DNA from: Candidatus Aceula meridiana
GTDB taxonomy: Bacteria; Omnitrophota; Gorgyraeia; Zapsychrales; Aceulaceae
Length of the DNA stretch: 64,000 bases
Reading direction: 5' to 3'
Assembly: GCA_030765185.1 (NCBI GenBank)
Contig: JAVCDE010000024.1
Span: 379,538-443,537, forward strand
Under the pieces are notes generated by a model. That model was not told where the DNA came from. It worked only from the letters and a program-made list of their open reading frames with translations, and ran no database searches. Both the position numbers and the translations under genes were made by a program. The number at the start of each line of letters is the position of its first letter. The first letter of the stretch is position 1. This document shows, one piece after another, positions 51,290-60,025 of this stretch.

Positions 51290-51766
51290 TTACTTCCGAG
51301 CGGAAGAATAGCTTCCCAGGTCATATTTAATTTCGTTTTCGGGCTTGTCAGCTTTATCAATCAAGATGCCAGCTTTGGCGAAAAACTGTGATGCCAGAGT
51401 ATCATGGAAGTCAGAAAAAACAACAACACGCGCAATTCCAGAGGCGATCAAAGCCTTAGCGCACGTCGTGCAAGGCATATTCGTAACATAAGCCGTTGCT
51501 CCTCCGACAGCATGCCCTCTTTTAGCGGCTTGTGTTAATGCATTCATCTCCGCGTGATTAGTACGAATGCAGTGATTGTCCACAACCCAGCATCCAACAT
51601 CATCGCAATGGTCATCTCCGGGAATAGAACCGTTATAGCCCGTTGCTACAACATGCTTATCCTTAACTAAAATGCACCCACAATGCATACGCGGACACGT
51701 GGCTCTCTCTGAGGCTAGCATGGCGAGCTTCAAAAAATATTGGTCCCAATCCGGTCTATTTCCCAT
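51290..51766 (-). CDS. comEB: dCMP deaminase (ComEB/cytidine-deoxycytidylate deaminase family)
   Basis: Zinc-binding HAEMNA and PCTTCA motifs. Confidence 0.8.
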   Translation of the reverse strand: MGNRPDWDQYFLKLAMLASERATCPRMHCGCILVKDKHVVATGYNGSIPGDDHCDDVGCWVVDNHCIRTNHAEMNALTQAAKRGHAVGGATAYVTNMPCTTCAKALIASGIARVVVFSDFHDTLASQFFAKAGILIDKADKPENEIKYDLGSYSSARK

Positions 51767-52004
51767 GAATCCTCCTAATACTAATATTTCTATAAATATA
51801 ATAATTTACTTAAACTGTCGGACTTTTGGCTGCCCTGCCCGACAGGTCATCCTGTGCGAATACAAAAACGCAGGATCCTAAGAAATCCTTCGTCGTTTTT
51901 CTCCTCAGGACAAAGAGTCGTGAAATATCTGACTCATCGCTTACTTATAGTATCAAATCGCCGTGACTTTTCAAAACGAATTTTTCATTTGGGTATTTTG
52001 ATCT

Positions 52005-53168
52005 TTAAAGATATTTGTAAATACTTTTAAGGCCTTGAGCAAAAATCTTTGGCTCTGTCAAAAAACTAATAACAAGATGATGTCCTTGGTCAAAATCAAA
52101 AAAATAGCCCGGATGAACAAAAACATGGGCTTCTGCTAATAGAGCGAAAGCTAACTCCTCTTCACATACTTCTTCGCTCACCCGCAAAATACCGTACCAG
52201 CCTCCCTGCACTTTGAGTGGTATAGCAGAACAAGATTCAGGAAAGGTATCAAAAAAAACTTTCTGGTTTTCTCTTAACCGCTCCTTAATTGAATTTTGAA
52301 TAGCGGGTTTTAACGAAAACCATTTTCCCAAAGCGTTTTGAGAAGGCGTGTTAACTGACAAATATGTATCCGCGATAATCTCAAGACGCTTTAGAGCTTC
52401 TTGTGTCTGCGCCTCAGGCCCATTGACAGCAATCCAAGATAATTTCATCTGGGGGAGCCCTAAACTTTTTGAGAGCCCTCCTAAGGCAAACGTTAAAACT
52501 TTGCTGTTGGCAGCCAAGCTCGCGCATCGGCTCTTGCTCTCCTCTAAAGAATAATCGAGAAATACCTCATCGCAAATAATCGCTAAGTGATGTTTTCCGC
52601 AAAAAGCGTTGATTGCGGCTAATTCTTCACTTTGGAGATACGACCCGGTCGGATTGTTAGGGTGCACAAGAACAATAGCTTTTGTCTTTGGGCCAATGGC
52701 CCTCTCAATACTTAAAAGGTCAATACTCCATTGATCCTGATAGCAAAGTGAATAAAAATCCATCGCAGCATCATTAAGATTTCCTAAAAACTCAAATAAA
52801 GGATAGCTAGGTTTTGGCAATAAAAGATGGTCATCAGGATTTAAGAGCAAGCGAAATAAAAAAGAATAGCTCTCCGAACTGCTGGACGTAAGGACAATAT
52901 TTTCTTCGCTTAAGGAAATATTCCTCTTCTGATAATCTTGAGAAACAAGCTTTCGGGCTTTTGGGGAGCCAAAAGCTTGCGGCGCATAACCCATGTTCTC
53001 AGACAAGGAAAGGGCTTTTAAAATCTCTTCCTGAGGATAAACAAAACCACAGCGCGTCGGATTAGACACCGTTAAATCAAAAACAAAAGTTCCTTCGCTT
53101 TTAAATTTATCAAAAAGAGTAATGAGACGGTTAGGAGTTAGCGGCCAACCAGTGCGATTAGAAAACAT
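52005..53168 (-). CDS. PLP-dependent aminotransferase, class I/II fold
   Basis: VHPNNPTGSY and the PLP-lysine context LGGLSKSLGLPQMKLSW. Confidence 0.7.
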   Translation of the reverse strand: MFSNRTGWPLTPNRLITLFDKFKSEGTFVFDLTVSNPTRCGFVYPQEEILKALSLSENMGYAPQAFGSPKARKLVSQDYQKRNISLSEENIVLTSSSSESYSFLFRLLLNPDDHLLLPKPSYPLFEFLGNLNDAAMDFYSLCYQDQWSIDLLSIERAIGPKTKAIVLVHPNNPTGSYLQSEELAAINAFCGKHHLAIICDEVFLDYSLEESKSRCASLAANSKVLTFALGGLSKSLGLPQMKLSWIAVNGPEAQTQEALKRLEIIADTYLSVNTPSQNALGKWFSLKPAIQNSIKERLRENQKVFFDTFPESCSAIPLKVQGGWYGILRVSEEVCEEELAFALLAEAHVFVHPGYFFDFDQGHHLVISFLTEPKIFAQGLKSIYKYL

Positions 53169-53178
53169 AAAGAAAAGA

Positions 53179-53883
53179 CTATCTTCTCCAGTCTTTTTTG
53201 AGTTTTTCGACTTCTTTTTCTTTTTCCTTAAAAGCTTTTTCTATCTTTTCAAATTCAGACTTAGCAATCCATTGACTACCTTCTTCATTTTTCTTAGCAG
53301 CTTCACGGGCAAGGTCGTGGTTGGCTTTTTTAAGGTCATCGATTTCTTCTTTTAAAGTACGAATCGTAAAATCAAGATGAGTCGTTTTTAAAATGTATTC
53401 TTTTTTCTCTTTGTTCAGTCTATCAAAATCTTTTTTAAAATCCTTTTTTTCCCGCTCAGCGGCAAGCCTTAAGGAATATTCTTTTTCACTCTCGGTTTGG
53501 GCGCGGACGAGGTCCATTTTTATCTGCCTCATTTCTTTGGTGCGCCGGTCAAGATTCGACTCTTGCTCAGAAAACCATTTCTTTTCACGCTTGAGCTTAT
53601 CTTCAATCCGCACATTCTTGTCTTTCTCTTCTTTTAAATTCAGCAAAAGCTTCTTTTCTTGCTGATTCTTACGCTCAATCTCTTTCTTGAACCCTTGGAT
53701 ACGGTCTCTTAAGGCAAAGGCGGTTTCCTGCCATTTTTTCTCACCCTTAGAAAGTTCTTCCTCTTGTGTCTTTTTCTTTTTCTTTTTACGCCTCTTTTCT
53801 TCTGACGGAAAGAAAAAAATAAGAACAGCAAAAATAACAGCAACAAAAACGCCTAATAAAACAAGAAGATCTTTCGTGGGCAT
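53179..53883 (-). CDS. Membrane-anchored highly charged coiled-coil protein of unknown function
   Basis: An N-terminal TM helix and a poly-Lys tract (RRKKKKKKT) are followed by ~190 aa of K/E-rich heptad-like sequence. Confidence 0.5.
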   Translation of the reverse strand: MPTKDLLVLLGVFVAVIFAVLIFFFPSEEKRRKKKKKKTQEEELSKGEKKWQETAFALRDRIQGFKKEIERKNQQEKKLLLNLKEEKDKNVRIEDKLKREKKWFSEQESNLDRRTKEMRQIKMDLVRAQTESEKEYSLRLAAEREKKDFKKDFDRLNKEKKEYILKTTHLDFTIRTLKEEIDDLKKANHDLAREAAKKNEEGSQWIAKSEFEKIEKAFKEKEKEVEKLKKDWRR

Positions 53884-54170
53884 AAAACTCCTTTTTGACC
53901 AAATTCTAAAAACTTCCTTACTATTTATTATACTGAAAAGGCTCTAAAATCAATATAAAAAGTTCTTTTAAAACGAAACCCCGCTTACGCTTACCACAAA
54001 AAAGGCAAACGAAACGGGGTTTCAGCCGAGAAAATATTATAACATTACTATAAAAGAACGATCCAACTACTCAAAGGATATCATATTTAAACAAGAAGAC
54101 AAGACCTTAAAGGCCTTGTCCAGAAAACGCTTCCTTTAAAAAGGAATAAACTTAAAATTATCGTTTGTTT

Positions 54171-54413
54171 TTATTCAGCAGGTTGACCAGCTTGAGATAT
54201 TTCTGCAGCTGCCCGTCTTAACAAAACCATCGTTGAAAGAAGTTTTTGCTCTCTGTCCTCTAAAGATGCCCTTAATCCATAAATAGCTGAGTTTTGAGTG
54301 CTTAAAGTTCTCTGCTGCTGGCTGGCGAATGTAGCCAAGGCAATGATCAAAATCATTTGGACAAGAACAATAACTTGCCAAATCTTTAATTTCTTATTCA
54401 AGTCTTCTTTCAT
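54171..54413 (-). CDS. 80-aa single-pass membrane protein of unknown function
   Basis: One TM helix (IWQVIVLVQMILIIALATFA) plus a short helical tail. Confidence 0.4.
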   Translation of the reverse strand: MKEDLNKKLKIWQVIVLVQMILIIALATFASQQQRTLSTQNSAIYGLRASLEDREQKLLSTMVLLRRAAAEISQAGQPAE

Positions 54414-54489
54414 CTGCTCCCCTTTCGGTTAATAAATAATCGTAATGGTCATTATACTCTATCGCTTTAAAAACACAACTGATTCTTTC

Positions 54490-56628
54490 TTAAGCCACTG
54501 CGCTCTCATGATGAGAATCACGTAAAAACAAAACAGAAGTTTCAATCTCTTGAGAAATCTTACGGATAAGTCCAATGTCTGGAACTTCCGGCATGCCAAA
54601 GATATCAATATCAGCTTTAGGCGCCTGCATGAGAACATCTGGAAATTTTCCGACCAAAACCTGAATATCAACATCTGCAGGAAAACGCATCAAGTCGCCT
54701 AACCGCGAAAGATAAGCAACAGACTCATCAATTTCCTCTTTTACGTCTACAATTTGAACAAGACGAATGCGCCCATCCCAATTCTTCTGAAGCTGAATTG
54801 CCGTTAAAATCGATAGGTCAAGATTCGGACTTCCTTTTCGGATCCACAAGTTAATTTGCTTGAGATCGTCGGAAAGCTCTGCCTTCCCCTGCTGAAGAAT
54901 CACAATTCCTAACTTCTCTAGGCAGGTCTGTTTAATCATTTCAATGATGCTCTGATCTCGCGCCTCGTCTTTCGGTAAAATATAAAACAAAATATTTGGA
55001 GGAAAATGCGTTCCCTTGAGTGTTTGCAGAATTGTTTTTACTCCCTTTAAGCTATCAGCACCCTCGACATTAATAGCTTCTGAAAAAATTCCTTCCTGTT
55101 TAAATTCCTCAATAGATTCATTCAGCTCCTTTGACAAGCTCTCAGTTACTTTAGGAACAATGCGAAAAACCGCTAGCCGTCCGCTTGGGCTGACAATCGC
55201 GAGAAGAACCCCAAAGGCTTTAGCAAAATTTTTAATATCTTCGACGGCCACCACAACATTCGGTTTCCAAATTTTTGGATAATAAGGAAGCTTTGCCGCT
55301 GCCTTGGCCATCTGCTCAGAAAGAAAAATAAGAAGACCACTTCGAACATCCGGAGAATAGCGTTCTGTTTCTCGCCGGATAAGGCCGATGTAAAGCAAAA
55401 TGATAACAAGCCAGGCAACCAAGCTAAACATTGGGTTAATGAGAAACATGACAACAAGGCATCCAACCCACCCTAAGAAAGAAATAATTCTTGGGACATT
55501 AAACGAAGGACGAAAACTTGTAATTCCGATGGTTTGTTCAACAAAAACAGAAAAATTAATCAACCCGTAAGTGATTAAGAAAAACATTGTCAAAAGAGTC
55601 GCCACTTGGTTAAGAGTTCCCATCAAAAGCGTAATCAAAGCAATAAGAGCTGTCAAAAGAATCGCAGCGGTAGGCTCGTTTCTCTGATTGCGGTGAACAA
55701 AAAATCTTGATAAAGGAAGTGTGTCACTCTGGCTTAATGCGAACAGTGTTCTTGGCGCGGTCACGCACATATTCAGAGCCGAAGAAAGTGTGGCTCCCAT
55801 AATCCCAGCAATAACAAAAGATGGCCAGCGCCCCATATCAATAACAATATTTGTATTGTTCACAAGGGCTTGAGGTGTGGCACTTTTTGCAAACCAAAAA
55901 GCTAAAGCAACGTAAGCGATAATACTGACACCAACCGCCGCTAATGTTCCGTTAGGAATATTCTTTTTAGGCTCGTTAAGCTCCCCGGACATCGAAAGAC
56001 CGGCCATAAATCCTGTAACCGCCGGAAAGAAAACAGCAAAGGCCTCAAAAAAACTTCCTGACGAAACGGCAACAGCACTAAAATCTTGCGCCGGCGCAGC
56101 ACCGGAAGTCTTTCCTAAAAAAATCGAAATAAAAGACAAACCCACAATAACCAAGACCACATATTGAATACGGAAAGCTAATCGAGCGCTATAGTAGGAA
56201 ACCATCAAAACTCCTATCCAGGCGATAAGGCAAACCAATAAAAAACTATGCATCGGAAAAACATACTTCCAGCATTCAGCAAAACCCACAATATAAAAAG
56301 CAACAGAAATGGCTTGCGCTAAATAAAGCGGCAAACCAATAGCTCCACCGGCTTCAAGTCCTAAAGATTTTGTGATGATGGAATAGGCTCCGCCATGGCC
56401 AATGCGGATATTGGTAACAATCGAGGATACAGAAAGGCCTGTTGAAAGACTGATAAAATTACTAAGAGCGATAATAGAAATAGCCGCAGCAATCCCAACG
56501 CTGCCAACAACCCAGCTTAAGCGCAAATACATAATAACGCCAAAAATGCTTAAAAGGCTAGGGATAAAAACACCTTCAAAAGTTCCAAAACGCTTTGAGG
56601 ACATATCGTCTCCTTTTTCAGGTATCAT
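54490..56628 (-). CDS. SLC12-like cation-chloride cotransporter homologue (APC superfamily) with large cytoplasmic C-terminal domain
   Basis: The N-terminus FGTFEGVFIPSLLSIFGVIMYLRLSWVVG closely parallels the eukaryotic NKCC/KCC TM1 signature (LGT.MGVY.PCLQNI.GVILFLRL.WVVG). It is followed by ~12 TM segments and a ~250-aa soluble tail. Confidence 0.6.
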   Translation of the reverse strand: MIPEKGDDMSSKRFGTFEGVFIPSLLSIFGVIMYLRLSWVVGSVGIAAAISIIALSNFISLSTGLSVSSIVTNIRIGHGGAYSIITKSLGLEAGGAIGLPLYLAQAISVAFYIVGFAECWKYVFPMHSFLLVCLIAWIGVLMVSYYSARLAFRIQYVVLVIVGLSFISIFLGKTSGAAPAQDFSAVAVSSGSFFEAFAVFFPAVTGFMAGLSMSGELNEPKKNIPNGTLAAVGVSIIAYVALAFWFAKSATPQALVNNTNIVIDMGRWPSFVIAGIMGATLSSALNMCVTAPRTLFALSQSDTLPLSRFFVHRNQRNEPTAAILLTALIALITLLMGTLNQVATLLTMFFLITYGLINFSVFVEQTIGITSFRPSFNVPRIISFLGWVGCLVVMFLINPMFSLVAWLVIILLYIGLIRRETERYSPDVRSGLLIFLSEQMAKAAAKLPYYPKIWKPNVVVAVEDIKNFAKAFGVLLAIVSPSGRLAVFRIVPKVTESLSKELNESIEEFKQEGIFSEAINVEGADSLKGVKTILQTLKGTHFPPNILFYILPKDEARDQSIIEMIKQTCLEKLGIVILQQGKAELSDDLKQINLWIRKGSPNLDLSILTAIQLQKNWDGRIRLVQIVDVKEEIDESVAYLSRLGDLMRFPADVDIQVLVGKFPDVLMQAPKADIDIFGMPEVPDIGLIRKISQEIETSVLFLRDSHHESAVA

Positions 56629-56662
56629 CTTATCGCAGATTTTATAAAAATTCTACTTTTAA

Positions 56663-56701
56663 AATAAAAAAAACCCGCCGTTGCTACAGTGGCGGGCTTT
56701 T
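56663..56701 (-). terminator. Rho-independent terminator downstream of the spy/cpxP-like gene (CCCGCC-N11-GGCGGG followed by U8 on the minus strand; bidirectional shape)
   Basis: Read from the sequence: aaaaaaaacccgccgttgctacagtggcgggctttt. Confidence 0.75.
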
Positions 56702-56732
56702 AAAAATTAAATTTTAAAATACTTCTTATCCT

Positions 56733-57224
56733 TTAAGGGCGGTCGCTTTCCTCCTCTTCAGCTCCTGAGAATTTACGACGGCCTCCTTTTTTTCCTTTTC
56801 TATCATGACGAGCCTTTTTCATTTTCTCGGAAAACTGAACATATTGTTCAGGCGTTAAAACTGAACGCAGATAGGAAACCCCATCAATGCGCAAATCCGA
56901 AAGCTGTCCCTTAAAAGCTTGAATTTCTCCCGAAATCTGGCGTGCCTGCGCCTCATCAAAATTAGGATCCTGCAACATAGCCTTCAGTTCTTCTTTCTTC
57001 TGCTTTACAGCACTTTGAATTTCTTTCCGCTTCTGCTTTGTTTGCTGACGGTGCTCTTTAAGCGCTTGCTGCTGCTCAGGTGTGAGATTAAGACTCTGGA
57101 TAAAATTCTCATGATGCTTCCCCTTGTTTTTTTCGTGACTCCCTTCCTTCTCTCCCCATCCAGCATAAGCTAGCTGAGAAAAAAGGAACAATCCTAAAAC
57201 AGTTAGTAGTGCAACTTTTTTCAT
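56733..57224 (-). CDS. Periplasmic Spy/CpxP/ZraP-family stress chaperone
   Basis: Signal peptide and two LTPEQ motifs (LNLTPEQQQALKEH, LTPEQYVQF) in a helical K/Q-rich protein. Confidence 0.6.
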   Translation of the reverse strand: MKKVALLTVLGLFLFSQLAYAGWGEKEGSHEKNKGKHHENFIQSLNLTPEQQQALKEHRQQTKQKRKEIQSAVKQKKEELKAMLQDPNFDEAQARQISGEIQAFKGQLSDLRIDGVSYLRSVLTPEQYVQFSEKMKKARHDRKGKKGGRRKFSGAEEEESDRP

Positions 57225-57247
57225 AATCCATTTCCTCCTTTCACCCT

Positions 57248-57276
57248 CTTAGACAACGAGAGTAGCCAAAAAGTTC
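57248..57276 (-). promoter_or_regulatory. SigmaE-type (ECF) promoter GGAACTT-N16-GTCTAA upstream of the spy/cpxP-like gene
   Basis: The minus-strand reading is AGGAACTTTTTGGCTACTCTCGTTGTCTAAGAG. It is the same motif as the promoter in front of the ECF sigma gene. Confidence 0.55.
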
Positions 57277-57283
57277 CTTATGT

Positions 57284-57760
57284 TTACAAAAAATATTCAT
57301 CAACCCAAGTATCGCTTAGCCCTACGTCAGTTTGATCGTCAGAATAAACAAGGTATTCAAACTGTTCATTCAAATAATCATTAGCTGCCGTTTGTGTTTG
57401 CCATGCAGGAATTTTAACAACCGCAACAAGCAAAAGAATAGTTGCAGCAACCGTCGAAAGAGCAAAAACCGGCTTGTGTGCAGCAAAGGTACCCGACAAA
57501 GCATCCCATGCTTTTTGGATAAGACTTTCCTGCCGATGTTTTTCAATAGCACCCTCAATCTTATTCCATAAATGGTCAGGAGCTTTTATAGGCTGCACAC
57601 TCTCGAAAGGATTTTTCAAAACCTCCTTAGCCTCTGCGGCAAATTCTCGGCAAGCCGTGCATTGGGTTAAATGCTCCTCAATACTTTGCTTTTGCTCTTT
57701 GGAAACCTGATCGTCTAAATAATCCGTTAAAACAAGCTCTTTAATTTGTTTACACTTCAT
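57284..57760 (-). CDS. Membrane-spanning anti-sigma factor with N-terminal zinc-binding anti-sigma domain
   Basis: HLTQCTACREF (H-x3-C-x2-C) and a central TM helix (ALSTVAATILLLVAVV). The start overlaps the ECF sigma stop by 11 nt. Confidence 0.6.
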   Translation of the reverse strand: MKCKQIKELVLTDYLDDQVSKEQKQSIEEHLTQCTACREFAAEAKEVLKNPFESVQPIKAPDHLWNKIEGAIEKHRQESLIQKAWDALSGTFAAHKPVFALSTVAATILLLVAVVKIPAWQTQTAANDYLNEQFEYLVYSDDQTDVGLSDTWVDEYFL

Positions 57761-58298
57761 AAGGCACGACCTCCTTTCTTAAACTTAAGAGTTTTTCGCG
57801 GGCACGCTTTAAACGCGTGCGTACCGTATTGATATTAATTTTTAAAGATTGCGCGATTTCTTCGTAGCTTAATCCTTCAATGTTTCGCAGAATCATACAT
57901 ATCTTTTGATCATCATTTAAAACAGAAAGCAGCTTGTTCACGCGATCTTGAATTTCTTCATCCGGCGAAGATGGCAACGGCGAAGCAAATTTCTCAATTC
58001 CAACTTCATCAAGAGAAACCGGTGTTTTGAGATGTTTTCTTTTTTGATAATTAATCGTCGTGTTAATTGTGATGCGGTAAATCCATGTTTTCAAAGAGGA
58101 ACGCCGTTCAAAATTCTTTAAACTCTTATGAACCTTCAAAAAAACATCCTGCGTAATCTCCTCGGCATCCTCGTTGTTCCCGGACATCCGCCATGAAATG
58201 CTGTAGACAAAATTACAAAAGGTACGATAGATCTCCTCAAAGGCATATAAATCGCCCTGGGCGGCCTTGGTAATTGTCTCAAGCGCAACAGGCTTCAT
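57750..58298 (-). CDS. ECF (group IV) RNA polymerase sigma factor
   Basis: Region 2 (AFEEIYRTF...ITQDVFLKVHK...FERRSSLKTWIYRITIN) and region 4 (LSYEEIAQSLKININTVRTRLKRAREKL). GGAGG RBS 7 nt upstream. Confidence 0.8.
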   Translation of the reverse strand: MKPVALETITKAAQGDLYAFEEIYRTFCNFVYSISWRMSGNNEDAEEITQDVFLKVHKSLKNFERRSSLKTWIYRITINTTINYQKRKHLKTPVSLDEVGIEKFASPLPSSPDEEIQDRVNKLLSVLNDDQKICMILRNIEGLSYEEIAQSLKININTVRTRLKRAREKLLSLRKEVVPYEV

Positions 58299-58315
58299 TT
58301 CCTACCTCCACTCTT

Positions 58316-58344
58316 TTAGACATCTTAAAAAGTAAAAAAGTTTC
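58316..58344 (-). promoter_or_regulatory. SigmaE-type autoregulatory promoter GAAACTT-N16-GTCTAA upstream of the ECF sigma / anti-sigma operon
   Basis: The minus-strand reading is TGAAACTTTTTTACTTTTTAAGATGTCTAAAAGAGTGGAGGTAGGAAATG. Confidence 0.55.
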
Positions 58345-58358
58345 ATAAATTAAGAGTA

Positions 58359-58778
58359 TTATTGTCCTAAGAGCCAATTTTCAATCTTGGCCTTAATCTG
58401 GTCGCGGATTATCCTTATATTATTAAGTTTTTCTTGGTCTAAGCCTTGCAACTGGGATGGATCTTGAAAGCCCCAATGCAACCTTTGGGCACTACCGGGA
58501 AAGGTTGGACACTTTTCTGCGCTGGCCTCATCACAGACAGTGATGACATAGTCATACTGCTTTCCATTCTTGAGAATGTCAGAAACACTTTGCGTTTTTT
58601 TGCCGGCAATATCAACACCCAGGTCTTTTAAGGCCTCAACAACCAAAGGATTTAGTTCCCCAGGCTCAAGCCCTGCGCTTGCCACTTCAAATTTATCCGG
58701 AGATAGTAAACGTAAAATTTCCTCAGCCATCTGACTTCGAGCAGAATTGTGGATACAGATAAAAAGAACTTTCTTCAT
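58359..58778 (-). CDS. arsC: Arsenate reductase, LMW-PTP / thioredoxin-coupled family
   Basis: P-loop [17 protein letters not shown] (CX5R) and downstream Cys residues ([11 protein letters not shown]). Confidence 0.8.
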   Translation of the reverse strand: MKKVLFICIHNSARSQMAEEILRLLSPDKFEVASAGLEPGELNPLVVEALKDLGVDIAGKKTQSVSDILKNGKQYDYVITVCDEASAEKCPTFPGSAQRLHWGFQDPSQLQGLDQEKLNNIRIIRDQIKAKIENWLLGQ

Positions 58779-59746
58779 TTCAGAGGGGCCATTAAAATAT
58801 TCTGCAGAAAATTAAAAAGATATCCTGTAAAAATAATTCCTAAGGTTGTGATGCCGAAAAAAATGGCAATCAGCTTCAATTTCATTGCTCGCCTCAGGAT
58901 GACAGCCTCAGGAAAGCTTAAAGCGCTTATGGCCATCATAAAAGCCAACGCAGTTCCTAAAGGTACCCCCTTGCGGAATAATGCAACCGCAATCGGCACA
59001 ATAGCCGCGCAGCTGCCATACATCGGCACCCCTAAAGCCGTTGCCAACGGCACAGAGAAAATTCCTGTCTTGTTAATAACTGAGAGGATAACCTCTCTTG
59101 GGACATAATTGTGAATAACAGCGCCAATGCCAACACCAACAAGAATCCAAATCCATAATTTTTTTAAAATGGAAATTGACTCATCTAAACCAAATCTAAC
59201 TCTTTCGCGAATGCTGTTATACGTTGGCTGTTTCTCCTCACCGCCCTCATTTCCTATAATATCTTTTTCGAGATACCTTTCTAAATTCATTTTTCCTGCA
59301 AGTATTCCCACCAAGACTCCGATAGTCATTCCGCTTGCAACATAAAGTACTGTTATTTTCCAACCAAAAAAACCAAGCATCAAAACTACCAAGTATTCAT
59401 TAATTAAGGGCGATGTAATTAAGAAAGAAAACATAACTCCGACGGGGATTCCAATGCGCACAAAACTTAAAAAGATTGGGATTGAGGAGCACGAGCAAAA
59501 CGGCGTGAGTGCTCCAAAAAGCGCCGCGTAAAAATTAGAAAAAATTTTCTGCTGGGTAAGCCATCGTTTTAACCTTTGCTGATCTAAAAAACTCCGAAAA
59601 AATCCCAATACAGATATCATCACAAAAAGCAAAAGGAAAATTTTTACCGTATCATACAAAAAGAAATGGATGGCTCCGGTTAGATGAGACTCCGGGTTGA
59701 GCTTTAGTAACGAATAAACAAACCAATCAATAGACCCTAACAACAT
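58775..59746 (-). CDS. arsP: ArsP-type organoarsenical efflux permease (DUF318/UPF0718 family)
   Basis: An eight-TM permease with the diagnostic [10 protein letters not shown] motif. It is translationally coupled to arsC by a 4-nt overlap. Confidence 0.65.
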   Translation of the reverse strand: MLLGSIDWFVYSLLKLNPESHLTGAIHFFLYDTVKIFLLLFVMISVLGFFRSFLDQQRLKRWLTQQKIFSNFYAALFGALTPFCSCSSIPIFLSFVRIGIPVGVMFSFLITSPLINEYLVVLMLGFFGWKITVLYVASGMTIGVLVGILAGKMNLERYLEKDIIGNEGGEEKQPTYNSIRERVRFGLDESISILKKLWIWILVGVGIGAVIHNYVPREVILSVINKTGIFSVPLATALGVPMYGSCAAIVPIAVALFRKGVPLGTALAFMMAISALSFPEAVILRRAMKLKLIAIFFGITTLGIIFTGYLFNFLQNILMAPLK

Positions 59747-59883
59747 GATTTTTTCTTCTCCCCGCTCTTAGAGCAGCATGGTTTTTCTTTGGCTTTCTCT
59801 TTTAAATTCTCATCAAGCTTATTAAAAAAATTTTTAAAAAACTTTGTAATTAGGTTTTGTTTTTTTGCACAGCATTCTGACAT
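59737..59883 (-). CDS. 48-aa peptide with three vicinal Cys-Cys pairs ([48 protein letters not shown]); candidate As(III)/metal-binding metallochaperone or sensor, first gene of the arsP-arsC operon
   Basis: Own translation; not in the ORF track (<60 aa). A strong RBS, AAAAGGAGGGAATACCC, precedes the ATG. The stop overlaps the arsP start by 10 nt, and a sigma70-like promoter lies upstream. Confidence 0.5.
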   Translation of the reverse strand: MSECCAKKQNLITKFFKNFFNKLDENLKEKAKEKPCCSKSGEKKKSCC

Positions 59884-59911
59884 GGGTATTCCCTCCTTTT
59901 AGTGTTCCCTC

Positions 59912-59940
59912 ATGCTAGAATCAAAACGAAGAGCTGTCAA
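59912..59940 (-). promoter_or_regulatory. Candidate sigma70 promoter TTGACA-N17-TAGCAT for the Cys-pair peptide-arsP-arsC operon
   Basis: The minus-strand reading is TTGACAGCTCTTCGTTTTGATTCTAGCAT. Two CCCTCATG direct repeats flank this region. Confidence 0.35.
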
Positions 59941-60025
59941 CTTCTTTCTCGTGCAAACCCTCATGAAATCATCTGGACAACATGAAAAAATCGCTTATAA
60001 TAAAAACAATAAAAAAGGAGGAGTT

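Noticed and set aside
53975-54060. A possible tmRNA tag-reading frame (GGCAAACGAAACGGGG...TAA) in the 53.9-54.1 kb gap
   Set aside because: No tRNA-like acceptor or T-arm (GGTTCGAATCC) is present. The would-be tag, GKRNGVSAEKIL, does not end in the usual A-L/V-A-A. It is more likely a hairpin loop sequence.
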